Source: Marsupella aquatica
Lineage: Eukaryota > Plantae > Marchantiophyta
DNA: 64,000 nucleotides
Assembly: GCA_973895155.1 (NCBI GenBank)
Contig: OZ316895.1
Location: 17,092,170 to 17,156,169, forward strand
Reading direction: 5' to 3'
Shown: positions 12,501 to 26,138 of the stretch, piece after piece
Position numbering within the stretch: position 1 is the first letter of the stretch
Layout of the letters: every line of letters starts with the position of its first letter
Position numbers and translations under genes: made by a program
The notes under the pieces: model-generated
Databases searched by the model: none
Told to the model about the DNA's origin: nothing
What the model saw: only the letters and a program-made list of their open reading frames with translations

Positions 12501-13922
12501 CATTCGCACCTTTTCCGAGATCACGGGCAACCTCAATATCTGAACCTTTGTGAAGCAGACGAGGGTAGATTAAATGGCGAAAAGTTGAAGCGGAAGTGTT
12601 TTCCCCCGCTTGGTTTCCATTCGGTTATCTCGATTACATCGCAATTTCTCCTAACACCGTGAAATCATCTATCGTACGATCTGAGCTTGTCGAATCAATT
12701 TCTCTAACGTATAGAAATCATTAGAAGCATGCTCGAAGAGTGGTGAGTATCAAATTAAGAGTTGGATCGGACTATCTGAGCTTGTCGAATCAATGTCTCT
12801 AATGTTTAGAAATCATTAGAAGCATGCTCGAAGAGTTGTGATTATCCAATTAAGAGTTGGATCGGTAGCTGTCTTGTAACATGTCTTTGGCCGTTTTACG
12901 CAGGAGTGGAATTTCCAATCCACGCATTGCAACCTTTCATTCCTCCTCAATGGCAGAACGTACCCCTGGGCAGTACAATTCTAGCAGTGGATGTTTTTGA
13001 GGGACTTGGGCTCTGGAAGCAGGCAGAACTTGAATCTCTAGATGAGGTCAATCAAAGGGCAGTGGTAGTCTTTGTCAGCGGCGGGCAAAAAGCAGATGTT
13101 GAATATGACCAGCTTGCACTACCTGAGCAAGCAGAATCGAGTGACGCGAATGATACAAGCGAGGAAGAAGAAGAAGAAGAGGAAGAGGACGTTGATGCAC
13201 CTGGGGGTCTTGGCATGGGCCTCTTTTCAGCAGGTGTGCAGACAGAGACGGTAACGTTTGCAAAGTGGGAGAAGCACACACGTGGAGTGGCATCCAAGAT
13301 GATGGCCAGCATGGGCTTCCACGAGGGAATGGGGCTTGGTAAAAGTGGCCAAGGTCAAATTGCCCCCATTGAAGTGAAGGTCTTACCTCCAAAACAATCA
13401 CTGGGTTATGTGAGCGAAAAGAAGCGAACCAGTGTTGATAAGAATGGAAATGAGGTCAACGGAGCAGCGAAGAAAAAGACTCGCGGAGGGAAGCGAAAAC
13501 GGCAGAAAAAGTGGGCAGCTGCAGCGTTTGCAGCCAAAGTTGAGCAAGACCGAGCCCCAGATGTTTTCGGTTTCATCAACCAGCAGCTTGCAGCCCAGTT
13601 TGATACTCAATCAAGGGTACCAGATGATAAAAGAGACAATAAAGTTGAGCCTCTTAGAAAGGAGGGAAGTGAGAGGAAACCCAGAAAGGAAGATCGTCGC
13701 TCTATTGTCGCCCATGGAGATGAAATGATGGAGCTTCGAAGCAAGATAAGCAAGTTGGAAGAGATGGCCCGACGCAATCAAAAGGAGAAAGCTGTGTTTG
13801 ACAGTGTGACTAGGAAATTACAAGAGGCTAGGAGAGCCCTTTCCAAAGCTGAGGCTGCCCACGCCTCAGCCACCCATGCTGTTAACAGCAAAGAGAAAGA
13901 GAAGAAATGGTTGAGATTCTGA
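9516..13922 (+). CDS. CCCH zinc-finger and G-patch domain protein (ZGPAT-like), ~509 aa
   Basis: Exons 9516-9641, 9837-10160, 11321-11381, 12904-13922 are in frame. Tudor-like segment [19 protein letters not shown]; CCCH finger [19 protein letters not shown] (C-x7-C-x5-C-x3-H); G-patch [30 protein letters not shown]; C-terminus [10 protein letters not shown]. Confidence 0.93.
12030..12104. other. Intronic inverted repeat / stem-loop
   Basis: TACTTCCAAGTGCTAC (12030-12045) is the exact reverse complement of GTAGCACTTGGAAGTA (12089-12104); inner pairing GAATAGGGTC / GACCC-TATTC. Confidence 0.85.
12680..12865. repeat. Tandem duplication, 2 x ~92 bp, in ZGPAT-like intron 3
   Basis: ATCTGAGCTTGTCGAATCAAT...AATTAAGAGTTGGATCGG at about 12680 and 12774. 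Confidence 0.9.
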
Positions 13923-16900
13923 AGTAGGCATTCAGAGATTCACGTTTTGTCTGTCATCGAATCTTAGACTCCATGAGTTGCTGTTCCATTAGTCTCCGTG
14001 CTGATGGTTTTCAGACCAAGAGAAATCTATTTAGGCAACTCTCGGGTATATAGCATCATTTCTTGTTCGTTGATTTAATTGTAGGGATATTCAAGAAAGG
14101 GGGAATGTGAGGGTCCCAACCTTGTGTCGGAACGAAAAGAAACAATGTACTGAGATTTGAGAGCAAGAGACATGTTAGGAAGACAGCACCTGTCAGATTA
14201 GAGCAGATCAAGATCAAGATCATGCAAGTGGTGATTATGAAAGGAGGGGACAAAAAATATGAAGTAACACGACAATTCTATTGCCCAGCAATTTGCTTCG
14301 GAGGTATGGCAGTCTTTGTGATTAATTCTCGCATTGAAGAGGAGATTGAAGGACCGCCATCCCAGAGTAAACCCTGTTGGAATTATTTCTTCTGATAATT
14401 CTTACATGCTGAAAGAGGAACTCTACCTTGTGGCCCGCCCTACACATCAGCATTTGCCGCCACTTGTGCCTGATAAAGTCTGGTGGCTGAAGGTTTTCAT
14501 GTTCTTCCATCTCCAGATTAGCTCTAGCTATTGTCCGTGTTCCAGCTTCATCGTGATGTGTCAGATTTCTTAAATTGTAGTAGATACAAATCAGGCCTAC
14601 TATTTGGGCAGAATGGATTGTTCCACCCACAGTTGGTACTGGTTTCACCATTGACTTTCAAATTTCTCAAACTGTACAGCCACAGGGGAAAACATGTCAA
14701 GTGTAATATTGTCGGAACCCCATGAGAGCTCCTTCCAAAATCTCTAGTACCACCTTGAGCCACATTATCAAGTTCCATCACAAACAGAAACGATGATGAT
14801 TTTAACAAAAAAACAAACACAATTGTTTGTGGTTGATGCAAGGCAAGGAAAAACAGTTATGTCAAATATGAAAATGGTAAATGAATAAATAAATTTTAGA
14901 ACAACAAACAATTGAATAACAAAGTTACCATGTTTTGACTTGGTGTTAAATAATGACCTGTGTATAACCTAAACACAAACCATGAGAAAATATTACCACC
15001 CACAACTAAAGAGGTGTGAATGTGTGTTTGTGTTATGGTGCAGATTAAACAAGTAGATAATTGTTGAACTCAGCGTATGAAGCAATCATTTTGCTTGGAC
15101 CAAAGTTATTTTGATTGCTTATGACTTGGAGTGAGCATACTTAGTTGGCAAACTACCCTTCATAAATACAGTCAGGAAAATACTTTCCATTCACACAATG
15201 AGCAGTTTGAAGATCTCATGTAAGCCCTGTCCATAAATGTTTTTTGGTGTGGGGCATGTAGTGTGGGGTGGTGAGTTACATAGTCTAAAGTTTGAGCTAA
15301 ATTTTGATGGTGCTACAATGGTGACTACACCTTTCAAATTTTGTCTTATTGAGATTTTGTGTCATGTATTTTTATTTCAATGTGCCTTCACAAGTGCATG
15401 GTTTGTATCATTTAGATTTTGAATTAATTTTGGGACCCCTTTGAATTTTTTAGTTTTTGCTATCCTAGAGGATTTTGAATCTATTTTGGCACCCCTCATT
15501 TTTAAAAAAAAATTCTTTCTTTCTTCTAATAAACCATAGGCGACTGAGCGCCTGTTTATTCCAGAGACCACCGCGGCGAAGACCAGCAAGGCACAAAGAA
15601 AAACAAACCCAGAGGGCCAAAGCGCAAAAAATCTACATGCGAAGCGGGCAAAACCACCCAAAGAAAACCACCCCACACACCAGGATGATGGCAAAAACAC
15701 GGGCCAACCACCCAACAAAGGCAAGAGGCCTGTAACAAAACACTTCCCAACACAGGAGTTGGTTGTACCACCAACAACAGCAAGTCAGACCCCCAAAAAA
15801 GGGACTAAAGGAGAGCAGTGTCAGTGCCTCTCCCGTATCCATTGCCTCTGGATACTACTAATACAGTTAAGCATAGCGTGAACTATTATTGCAGCACCAT
15901 GCAGAATGAGATGCAATGGGAACCGAGCAGAGTTAGCCCAGAAAGTGCGTTGGCAACGCTCCAGCAGGCACCCCTCTTAATTTTTAATCTTTGGTATCCT
16001 AAAGAATTTTAATTTCTCACTAATTTTTAGATTTCAATAGTGTTCTCACTTTCTCATTTGAGAGAAGTTCTATATGCTCTCATGAGTGAGAGAAAATATT
16101 GTGATTAATGTGGGCATCTATGTGAATTAAGTTTGACTCCCCTCGTGGTTTTCTTTCCTAAGTTTATGGTTTTGATTGAATTGAGCGTCATTACCTAGGC
16201 ACCTGAGGATCTGTAGCTTATGTGCTCAACTCTTCAATACTGGACTTGTATGTTGCCTGCTGGTTATGTACTTTTCTTTGCATGTGCCCTACTTCTACTC
16301 TTGTATTTTATCACACTCACTCTTAACAAATATAGTATCACGAGCCCTATGCCAGTGCATTGCACTGTGCAAGGACGGCCGGTCCATAGGGAGTCAAGCC
16401 GGGGAAAATATGGGGCAGCGGGAAGCACATATGTGCTAGGGGTGCACATTTCTTCCATCAATTAATGGTAGGTGAAAAGAGCTAATTGAATCCAACAGCT
16501 GTGGATCTTTCCCGCCCTGGAGATTTTTGTATTGGGACAAAGGACTAAAAAAAGCAGGATCCTAAACAAATTAGATCACTTACACTGACTACTAGACAAC
16601 AAATTAAATGTGTTCCACTATGAACATGCTATAATCTTGGAGGTGTGATAGTGATGGGACCTGACTGATATTCATTGTACCATCTGATCATCTGCCATTT
16701 GAAGAGAACCGTTGGGCCACCCCTAGAGCATTAAAGACTGAAATCATTTTTCTTGTTTTCCTTTCAGATTAGATATTTTTTTAAAGGGGAAATTTGTGAA
16801 CCCCATAAAAAGGGAACAGTTGGTCACAACATTTGAACACTACAATAGATCTCTCTATCTCAACTCAAGTAAGTTACCACACAGCCATAATTATCTGGGA

Positions 16901-16950
16901 GCTATAGAGTATATCATTTGTTTTCTTTTGTTCTATCATTGTCAGATGAG

Positions 16951-17033
16951 CAAGGGTCATTATTCTCTGTCAGATCAGGACTACACCTTCTCCAAGGGTC
17001 ATTATCTTTGTCAGATCAGGACTACACCTTCTC
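16951..17033. repeat. Tandem duplication, 2 x ~42 bp
   Basis: CAAGGGTCATTAT...TGTCAGATCAGGACTACACCTTCTC occurs twice in tandem. Confidence 0.9.
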
Positions 17034-18819
17034 CCAAACACAGCTTCTTCAAGATGCACTTTTCAGGTTTATTCTCATGAACCCATCCCTTTTGGGGCCA
17101 TAGCCTGTAACTCGGACTGATTACTAGGGATTACAGCCCATAATTGTGTCCTGGTAATTATACATCAAAATGTGACAATATAAACTGCATAATGAATATC
17201 ACTCAGTGAGATAATCAAAATGATTTGGTTTATCATGATATGAAGTGACGTAATACACCATAGATTGTCAAATTAGGATGTGCAATTATCAGGGTGCCCC
17301 ATAATCCCCTGAGGAGATGGGTTATGCTACATGAGGCTGACCACCCTGGGTGATGACTTAGGCCTATTTTTACTGATTGATCATGCTACACAAATTTTTC
17401 TACCAGTCAAAATTTGCCAAAATCTTCCCAATGAAAAAGTCTTACTCTTTTGGTAAAAATTGGCAGGGTTTTTTTGTTGTCAATGAGCCTGTTTGCACCT
17501 AACCACGGAACACATTAGCCAGAATCTCCCAAGTCATAATCTAAAAGATTTAATGGTCAGAATGTAATCTGGTAAAACTAGATAATGAATGGACAGTTTG
17601 GTCCCCCGGGCTTTGGTCCTCGGTGGTGATGTGGGGTGTGATGTGCTCTGCTCCCCTGGTCGTCGCGGGAGGGGGGGGAGGGAGGGGGGGGGGTCGTCGG
17701 GTGGTTCTGCCCTCGATTGCTATAAAGTTGCACGGTTTATTTTTAAAAAAATTAAAAACGAATGGGCTGAGCACCTTCTCCATCACTCAGGGTAATCTTG
17801 GCCAAACAAAAATATTCTTAAAAAATAAACCCCTGTGACCTTGTCCCAAAAATATATTAAAAAAACCTTTTCAAGCTAATTGTGTGCTACACGTAGTCAA
17901 GCGCTTGACAACGTCCCCTGTGACCAGGTGCTTCTTACTGCAGTCCGCCCCACACCAGGTACATCCCCCTTGGTCCATATTTTGTCGACTGCGAATCCGA
18001 AAGAGTTGCTGTCTTGCTGTACACAAGGGACCAGGTGCATCCCCCATGGACAGGTGCCCCAAACAACTGTCTCACAATGTTGCCTACAGATGGTGATACT
18101 GGTCCAACCCTATCCTGGAAGAGGAGATCTCTGCCGTCTATCCTTCTTGGGCCATGGGTCCCCTGGGGGCTGTACCGTTACAGTATGGATGAAATATTAC
18201 AGGAGCCGTCAGGATGTCATGGCTCATGAGATAGCCTGTTGTAGGCCACGTCCTTCTTCTCAGTCTTGCTGCACGCGTCAGCAGTTTGATGTTTTGTTGT
18301 CCAATCGAGGAGTGTTACTTTCTGTCCCCCTAAAGGTCAAACAAGCTACAATAACCCTCTCGTAACATAGGTCAACAAGTTACGATAACCTTTTCCAGTT
18401 TTTTTACTTAGTACTAATCTGGTCTCTAAACTACCTAATATTATTAAGACGTTCTCCAAACAAAATTAATTATCAACTTATCTCTCATTTTAAATTTAAG
18501 TTAATATTAACTCATATATGGGTTTTGTAGTCAAGTGGGGCTGAGGAAGGGGGGTAACGGGTGTCGCTGTGGGCTCAGGCTATTCATTAGCAACTTGCCA
18601 CATGGCAATGGCAACTTGTATAAAACTTAATATTAACCAAAATATGAAATGGGGTACATGTTGGATAAATATATAAATTTTATTTTGGGGGCACTTTAGC
18701 AATATTGGGTAATTCAGGGGACAACTTAGTAAAAAGCTGTCACTTTTTTTTTGGAAAATTTGGGTTATAACAATGCTGCAATCAATTTTTTACACTATTT
18801 TTTTAAATAAAATTCAAAA

Positions 18820-18981
18820 ATCTCCTGTGGGGCCTGAAAATTTCAGATTTTTTTACAATGAGTAATATTGAAGTCAAAAGACTTGTGGTCCAAATTTTGG
18901 AATATTGGAGTTCGATCTTCTCAACAAAAAATTGGTATGAAATGATCTGAAATGTTCTGATTTTCAGGCCCCACAGGAGAT
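18820..18981. repeat. 22-bp perfect inverted repeat (possible MITE/foldback remnant)
   Basis: ATCTCCTGTGGGGCCTGAAAAT (18820-18841) and ATTTTCAGGCCCCACAGGAGAT (18960-18981). Confidence 0.8.
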
Positions 18982-21269
18982 CTGAATGTTTCAGATATTT
19001 GGTCTGAAATGATACAACTTTAATTTTCCAAACTTCATAGAGCAATCAAACAAAAGACAATGGACCCATTTCTTAAAAAGAAGAAGAGTTACAATGCTCA
19101 AGTGCGGCAGTATATCCCCAATCCTACCAAATAGATTCAGGTTGCCTGTCCTGTGTACTCAAGTGTGTTAGTATATCCCTAATCCTACCAGATAGATTCA
19201 GGTTGATGGTTCTTGAGAAACTCATTTATTATAACCTTATGGGTCCCACTTGTAGACCCTGCACACCTACAAGTTTCATTAAGGTGATAAGAGTGACCTC
19301 TAATTTTTAAAAGTATCAAGTCTTTTGTGGGCAAAGGGCTATGCTGAATCCCACTTTAGGATGGGCGTTTGTGCTACAGTTGAAAGCCTCATGAAGTTTG
19401 AACTCAGAATTTCACTTCCCCCAATTATAACAACTTTTACAATTGGGCTAGGCTTGTTGGGAGGACTAATGCCAAGTAAACTCTATAGTTACAAGGATCC
19501 ACACCTCACTAGCATCCAGAAATGTGAAGATATACACCTTCATGTCTTCATCTTTAGATGATTAGCAGTGTATGATAATGGGCAAAGTTGAATGGCGAGA
19601 CCTAATAGGTCACATTAAATGAGTTTCCTAGCAATTCTTGTCCAGTATCCTACTAGGCAACATTGTTTTCATTTCAGAGACAAATTTGTTAAAAATCACC
19701 TCAATGAAAAGGTGTTGCCACTTTTGGCAAAAGATTGGCAAACTTCTTGTCTTCAATTGGCCACTTTCCCACCTAGCCTAGTCGCATACCTCATTAGCCT
19801 GAATCTAATCATGATCCTTAAAATCTAGGGAGATCTAATGGTCAGTAACTAATCTAGTAAATCTAGATAAGGAATATTCTTCAGTATCATGCAACGCTAC
19901 CTTTGAGAAATTTGCTTGATGGGTTGCCGCTCAACAAAAAGAAAGTTGGTGGGGAAAACTGATGTAGTTGGGAGGGTGCCAATGGAAACAAACTTCAAGT
20001 TCAACTCACAGTTTAGGCAGATGCAGGGTTGGACTTTGGACTGAGCCAGGAGCCTAGCCAAGAGGCTCATTTTGGGGAAGAGACAGGACAGGGAGATAAA
20101 AGATGGGAGATGTTGCGCAATTGGAGATTGGGATTGTGAGCTGCTCATCATTTCCAGACTAGGAGAGAGATGGGAGGCAATTGCTCACTGCTCACACGAT
20201 ACAAGAAAGCCAATGACTCACCAAGTAAAAAAAACATAAGTTGCCCTACCAAGCTTCTTTTTGTCACATAGGGACTCACCAAGCCACCCTGGAAAAATGG
20301 AAGAATTTTTTTTTAAAAGTACTCTGCACCTAGTAAGGTGTCTCAAACCAGCTGTCCACGAAGGTTTCCCATGACAGGAATGTTGTGGCCTGAGTTGCTA
20401 GTAAAAACCTGTGGTTCCCCAAAAATGCTATCGCCGCTAACTCGTGCGGTCAGTGCAATAGGCACTTACACCAAAAATCATTTAGGGAACATCCATCGGT
20501 CACCAGAAATCATTTTCGACTGATGTGGGGGGGAGTTGTGACATATCTCAAAACCCAATATCCCCTGGAATGAATTTGTCCAAAAGTTGAGCTTTGGTCT
20601 GGGTGATGATTGCAAATTTTCATAGGAGTTGACCAAAAACAATTGGGAAACAGCTGGTTGGGGAGGCCCTACCCCAAGGCACACTAACTACACATCAAAA
20701 TACAGCAGTACAAGATATAACAAACAATTGGGTTTATCATGCTATAAAAATGTGTGGGTACAATTAATTCCCCTGAACATAAAAAATAAGAAGGTCCAGT
20801 GTATCATATACAACTATAATAAGTAATCCCATCTTTTTTAGTACTTACTTCCAACACAAAAAAGTTCATGGGCGAGAAAGATCCATACTCGTTGAATTTG
20901 ATTAATTATTTTCCCTAACTCTTGATAGAAGAAATGTGCACCCTTCCCACATATGTGTTTCCTGCTCTCGCTCCCTAGCTTGTGGTATAGAAAATCTGAC
21001 CAACAAGTGACAAGTGGCATACTACGTCATTCCTTCCTTTTTGATACGCATTTACCAGAAAGGGGCATTATGCGTTACAGGAATGAGAATGTACCAAGTT
21101 CGTTAGTTGAGCTCTTCACACGGAAAGTGCGGATGCACCCCAATTCCGTGCTTCCTCATGGAACCCGACCCTACCTATCCTAAAACCCCCATCCATGCGG
21201 ATGAGCCCTGTCAGACAGGAAGGCAATGCCGAAATCACCAGCCCACGAAAGACCCACAAGACTGAGGTA

Positions 21270-21840
21270 GCGAGGAGCGCGAGCTCGTTCATGCTCGTCT
21301 CTGCAGGAATCAAGGAAGCAATCAAGGAAGAAATTGGGTGGAGAGATTCAGTAACTGTTGACAGATGAGCAGAGAGGAGCGCCAGCTCGTTCGTGCTCTT
21401 TTTTTGCATCAATCAGAGGAAGAAATCGGGTGGAAAGAATCAGTAATTGTTGACAAAAGAGCAGAGAGGAGCGCGAGCTTGTTCGTGCAGTTTTTCCGCA
21501 TCAATCAAGGAGGAAATTGGGTGGAAAGATTCATTAATTGTTGACAGAAGAGCAGAGAGGAGCGCGAGCTCGTTCGTGCTCTTTTTTGGCATCAATCAAA
21601 GGAAGAAATCGGGTGGAAAGATTCAGTAATTGTTGACAAAAGAGCAGAGAGGAGCGCGAGCTTGTTCGTGCACTTTTTCCGCTTCAATCAAGGAGGAAAT
21701 TGGGTGGAAAGATTCAGTAACTGTTGACAGAAGAGCAGAGAGGAGCGCGAGCTCGTTCGTACACTTTTTCTGCATCAATCAAGGAAGAAATTGAGTGGAA
21801 AGATTCAGGTGCTCGTTTTCCGCAGCAATCAAGGAAGAAA
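21270..21840. repeat. Tandem array of 91/92-bp units upstream of the HMT gene
   Basis: GAGCAGAGAGGAGCGC.AGCT.GTTCGT starts at 21367, 21459, 21550, 21642 and 21733, plus a partial copy at about 21271. Confidence 0.93.
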
Positions 21841-23306
21841 TTCGGTCGATGATCCAGTAATTTGTTTGCCGCACGCAGCAAGCAGTCAGGGGAGACGAGC
21901 CATGTGACAGACGGGAAGGCATTGCAGAAAAGAGCAGAGCAACGGAGTTAGAAGATCAGAGAGGAGCGCGAGCTCGGCGATCGAGTTTCTGTCGGCAATC
22001 AAGGAAGCAGTCGTTCCGCGTGCGAGTACCGTCATTGTGTGGAACGATTCAATAGATGTTTGCCGCACGCAGCAAACAGTGAAGGGAGATGAGCCATGTG
22101 ACAGACGGGAAGTGAACGCAGGAAAGACCAAAGCAACGGAGATAGACGACGAGAGAGGAGCGTTTCTACACGTTCGTGTACGGCTAATTTTCTGTTAAAA
22201 GATTGTCGATAAAATACAGGTCCACCCACCCTTTCCTCCGTGCTCATAAAAGCGGTCCTGTCTGGTACATGCACGGTACCGAAATCATCAATAATGCAGT
22301 AACTGAGACGAAGAGATCAGAAAGCGGGAGCAGAGGCCTACGTGAGATGAGAGGAATTGACTGCCGGAGAGAATTGAAGATAAGGTTGTTTATTTCCGAG
22401 GGAGCATAGGAGAGACTGTGATTTCAGAAGAAATCGAGAGAGAGAGAGAGAGGCACATTTCGACGCAGAGCAGTGATCTAGCAGTCTAGGCAGAGCTGCG
22501 GCAGAGAGAGGCTGTGAGAGAAGGGGGTTGCGGCTGAGTGATGTGATACTGCAGTGGCGAGCGAGCCAGGCATAAATTCAGCAAGGGCAGTGTGAACAAC
22601 AGCGTGAATTGCGGATCTACAGACATTTCTATCGCCCGTCCCTTTCTCAAAGTTACTCCCCTCTCTTTGCCCTCCTCGTGCTACAATGATTTCGCACGCG
22701 CTTGCTGGCTCGCTCGATTGGTAGGTGCTTACTAGACCTCTGGGGCACTTCTAGCGCTTTCTTTGATACTCTCGCGCAATGAATTCCAGCGCTCTCCATG
22801 TCATTCTGCAGTCAGCACCGGCGAGCTGCCACTTTGAGATTGCCAATGTTTATGAGAGAGAAGTGTTTCAGTTATGTGTCGTAGACTAAAACCCTGCGGC
22901 GTGAAAGTAGCGACAAAAAAAGAGAACTTTCAGAGAACTCTTTGTGTCTGCTTACGTACATCTCCTTTTCTCAACATAACGTCAGAACATAACGTCAGAA
23001 CGAGAGAGGAAGCGACACAGAGAAAGATTGCGAGCTAGGGATGTAGTCTGTAGCCGTCATTATTATTAAACGATGTTTATATTGCGACAAAAAACCTAGA
23101 GAGTAATAATATATATACGATCTTCAGTTACAGTGAAGGCGGTTTTCTTGAGCGCAGACTGCAGGAGAGTCAAAGGGCTCGACCTGGAGAGTGTTGCGGA
23201 GAGCGAGCGAGATAGAGTTGGAGGTTACAGCTTCAGCTTGCCATCGGTCATCATCTTATTCGAGAGAAGCACGTTAATAATTTGACGGGAAGTCGAAGCC
23301 TGAGCA

Positions 23307-26138
23307 ATGACGGAAGTCCAATCTACATCTCGAGCGGCGGATCCCTTCTCAAATATTGCGGACCTCGTGAAGAATTGTGGAGGGTGCGCGGTGATCGATG
23401 GAGGCATGGCGGTGCAGTTGGAGCATCACGGTGCCCGGCTTCTCAATCCATTATGGACAGCTTTGTGTTTGATCACCAACCCTGGCGCAGTCCGCCAGGT
23501 AGTCATTCTGCGACGTTACTGCTTCGGCTGTCGCCTAATCCTTGCGAATCCCTGCACCAGCCCGTCGTCTTGTCGATCACATATGGTCGACCTTTCGTTT
23601 GCGGTGTACTAGGTGTCCGATCCAGCAGATTATGAAACACAAATTTGCTATTTTAGTCGAATTTCCTGTTAAATAACCTGTGATACTTGGAACACGTTTA
23701 CGCTACAATCGTTCTCATGAGTTTTACAATCAAACAAAGAATTCGCGCGCATGGAGAATATATAGATGGACATACAACATACTTCGTCCAGGAGCTGCTC
23801 TGAAGACAACTTTTACAGATTACCTATGTTACCCTAGGTGTTCCAATGGAACTTAATTCGTGACAATGCCCTGATCAATACGATTTGGAACAAATTGCTT
23901 CTGTCTATGTGGATCGTTAACTTCTCATGTGGGTCATGCCCTACTTGGGATGACGCCCTCTGTAGGATTACTCCATATGGTTAGGATGGAGGACATAATT
24001 CTTTCTTGGACATTGGGCTGTGGTGTAGGTGCACTGGGATTATCTCGAAGCAGGCGCTCAGGTGCTACTCACCGCATCGTATCAGGTTCTGAGCGCCCAC
24101 TAAAATGCCCCCTTTGCGTCTTGGTTCCGTCCTTGCTCACTTGAAGCTGAGTTTGCATTTCTTGATCAAAGGTAAAGAGCTTAATTTGGCACCAGGGAGA
24201 TTGGCATAATTAACCTGTCTTCCTATGAAGAATAGGAAAATCTCATTGGAATCCTGGACCTGGGCACTCACCTAGCAGTGTTGTCGGCTTTCTTAACAGG
24301 CGACGTTACCAGGGTTCGAGTCGCAGGGATATTCTATTGCCGAGGGCAAAGACCTTCTAAGGAAAAGTGTTTCTCTGGCAGTTGAAGCTCGAGATCAGTT
24401 CTGGGATGAGTACCAACACCGAGTTCAGAATGGTTCTGATCGATCAGGTAGATATTGTCGGGCTTTGGTGGCTGCTTCGATAGGAAGCTACGGAGCATAC
24501 CTAGCAGATGGCTCAGAGTACAGGTTAGGCACTCTTCATCTCTAAATCAGTCAATGTTTAATCTGGGCTTTCAATTGAAAACGTTTTTATTCGTAAGCGT
24601 GTGGCAGCTCTGTCTTCTCAGATTAAGTTGATCGTTAGACACGCCCGTAAAGTGCTACATGATCAGATTGCATAAAGTTGTCTTTACCATGCTGTGTTCC
24701 TCTCTAAAATGCGTTCTAATTGTTCGACTTAGTGGGGAATACGGCCCTGAATTGACCCTGGAGAAGCTGAAGGAGTTTCACAGAGAACGACTTATAGTCC
24801 TTGCTGAAGCTGGGCCAGATTTATTGGCTCTTGAAACTATTCCTTCTAAATTTGAGGCTCAGGTGCGCTCTCGTCCAATGTAGGTAGTACAAATACTCCT
24901 CTATGAACGTGAATCGTACAGTCATACCGTCAACACACTTCTGCTGTGCAATGTAGGTAGTACAAATACTCCTCTATCAACGTGAGTCTTAGTCATACCG
25001 TCACTACATTTCTGCTGGCTGCAGAGCGTGACAAATTTTAGTCCGCAGAATCATGAAGCTGTCATCCGTATCTTTGAAATGATGGCGATGCAAAGATTGT
25101 GTAGGTTGGAATAGTTATTAGTTTATTTTTAACGAGCCCACCCGTTTCCTATTTTCGTACGACAGGCATTGATTGAGGTTCTAGAAGAAGAGAATGTGAA
25201 AGTCCCAGCCTATATTTCTTTCAATTCGAAGGATGGTGTAAACGTTGTCAGAGGGGACCCACTCAAAGACTGTGCTGAGCTGGTTGATCGAAGTAAGAAA
25301 GTTGTGGCTGTTGGCATAAATTGCACTCCCCCTTCTATGATCAGTGGGCTCATCCGTATAGCTCGTCAGGTATCATCCATCACAGTGTCAAACGCAGTTA
25401 AAGCACTTTTTGTTCTCTTATTATCTCTCTGAATATTTGCACTTTTACCTCTTATTATCTCTTTGCATATCCTGGGTGGGCGCTTCAATTTGATTTGTGT
25501 TTTGCAAACAGGTGACTTCAAAGCCGATACTAGTGTATCCCAATCGTGGCGAGGATTGGGATGCTGTAGCCAAGCAGTGGATAGTAAGTACCTACCTCCC
25601 AATGTCAATAGCTTGAAGTAGAAAGTTTCTGATCTTGAAAATGGGTCAGGGGCCTACTTGATCTGATGGGCCACTTTATAGTAGATCAGTTTTGCTACGA
25701 GTAGACCAGGTTTGAGTCTGGAGTCGATCGCAATCGCAGCTGGATAGAGGGCAGCGAAACCTGCACAAGTGAGTTGTGTATCAACCAATCTGCTGAGGAC
25801 GAGAAATGTTACATAATGCAAAGCTTAGATTCGATCGTGATCCTCATAATGCAGAGAATTAATTGTTTCCCCTGCCCCTGGCCTACAACCATTGCACGAA
25901 AGAGCGAAGCTGTATTGGGGGAGCTTCTCTACTACAATATGAACCACCAAGAGTTTTCTAACTTTGATGTTGCTTCCTTCGACAGCCATCAACTGGTGCA
26001 ACTGATGACGATTTTGTCAAGTATGTCGACGAATGGAAACAGGCTGGTGCAAGTTTAATCGGTGGCTGCTGTCAGACGACCCCAGCAACAGTAAGAGCAA
26101 TTGCTGGAGCTCTTCATTCAGATCATATGCATATATAG
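23307..26138 (+). CDS. HMT: Homocysteine S-methyltransferase (HMT1-type), ~343 aa
   Basis: Exons 23307-23498, 24029-24085, 24300-24523, 24733-24862, 25166-25369, 25512-25583, 25986-26138 are in frame. Motifs DGGMAVQLE, LVAASIGSYGAYLADGSEY, DLLALETIP, GINCT, YPNRGE and IGGCCQTTP; all three Zn-binding Cys are present. Confidence 0.95.

Noticed and set aside
13160-13190. GAA microsatellite
   Set aside because: An ordinary poly-Glu linker within the ZGPAT-like CDS.
15488-15975. Transposon bounded by GGCACCCCTC 10-bp direct repeats, with a GCGTTGGCAACGC hairpin near the right end
   Set aside because: No terminal inverted repeats and no CTRR Helitron terminus; the interior is low-complexity.
17871-18365. 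161-aa ORF and the GTCAAGCGCTTGAC palindrome
   Set aside because: No domain similarity noticed in the frames read; internal short repeats suggest a non-coding repeat remnant.
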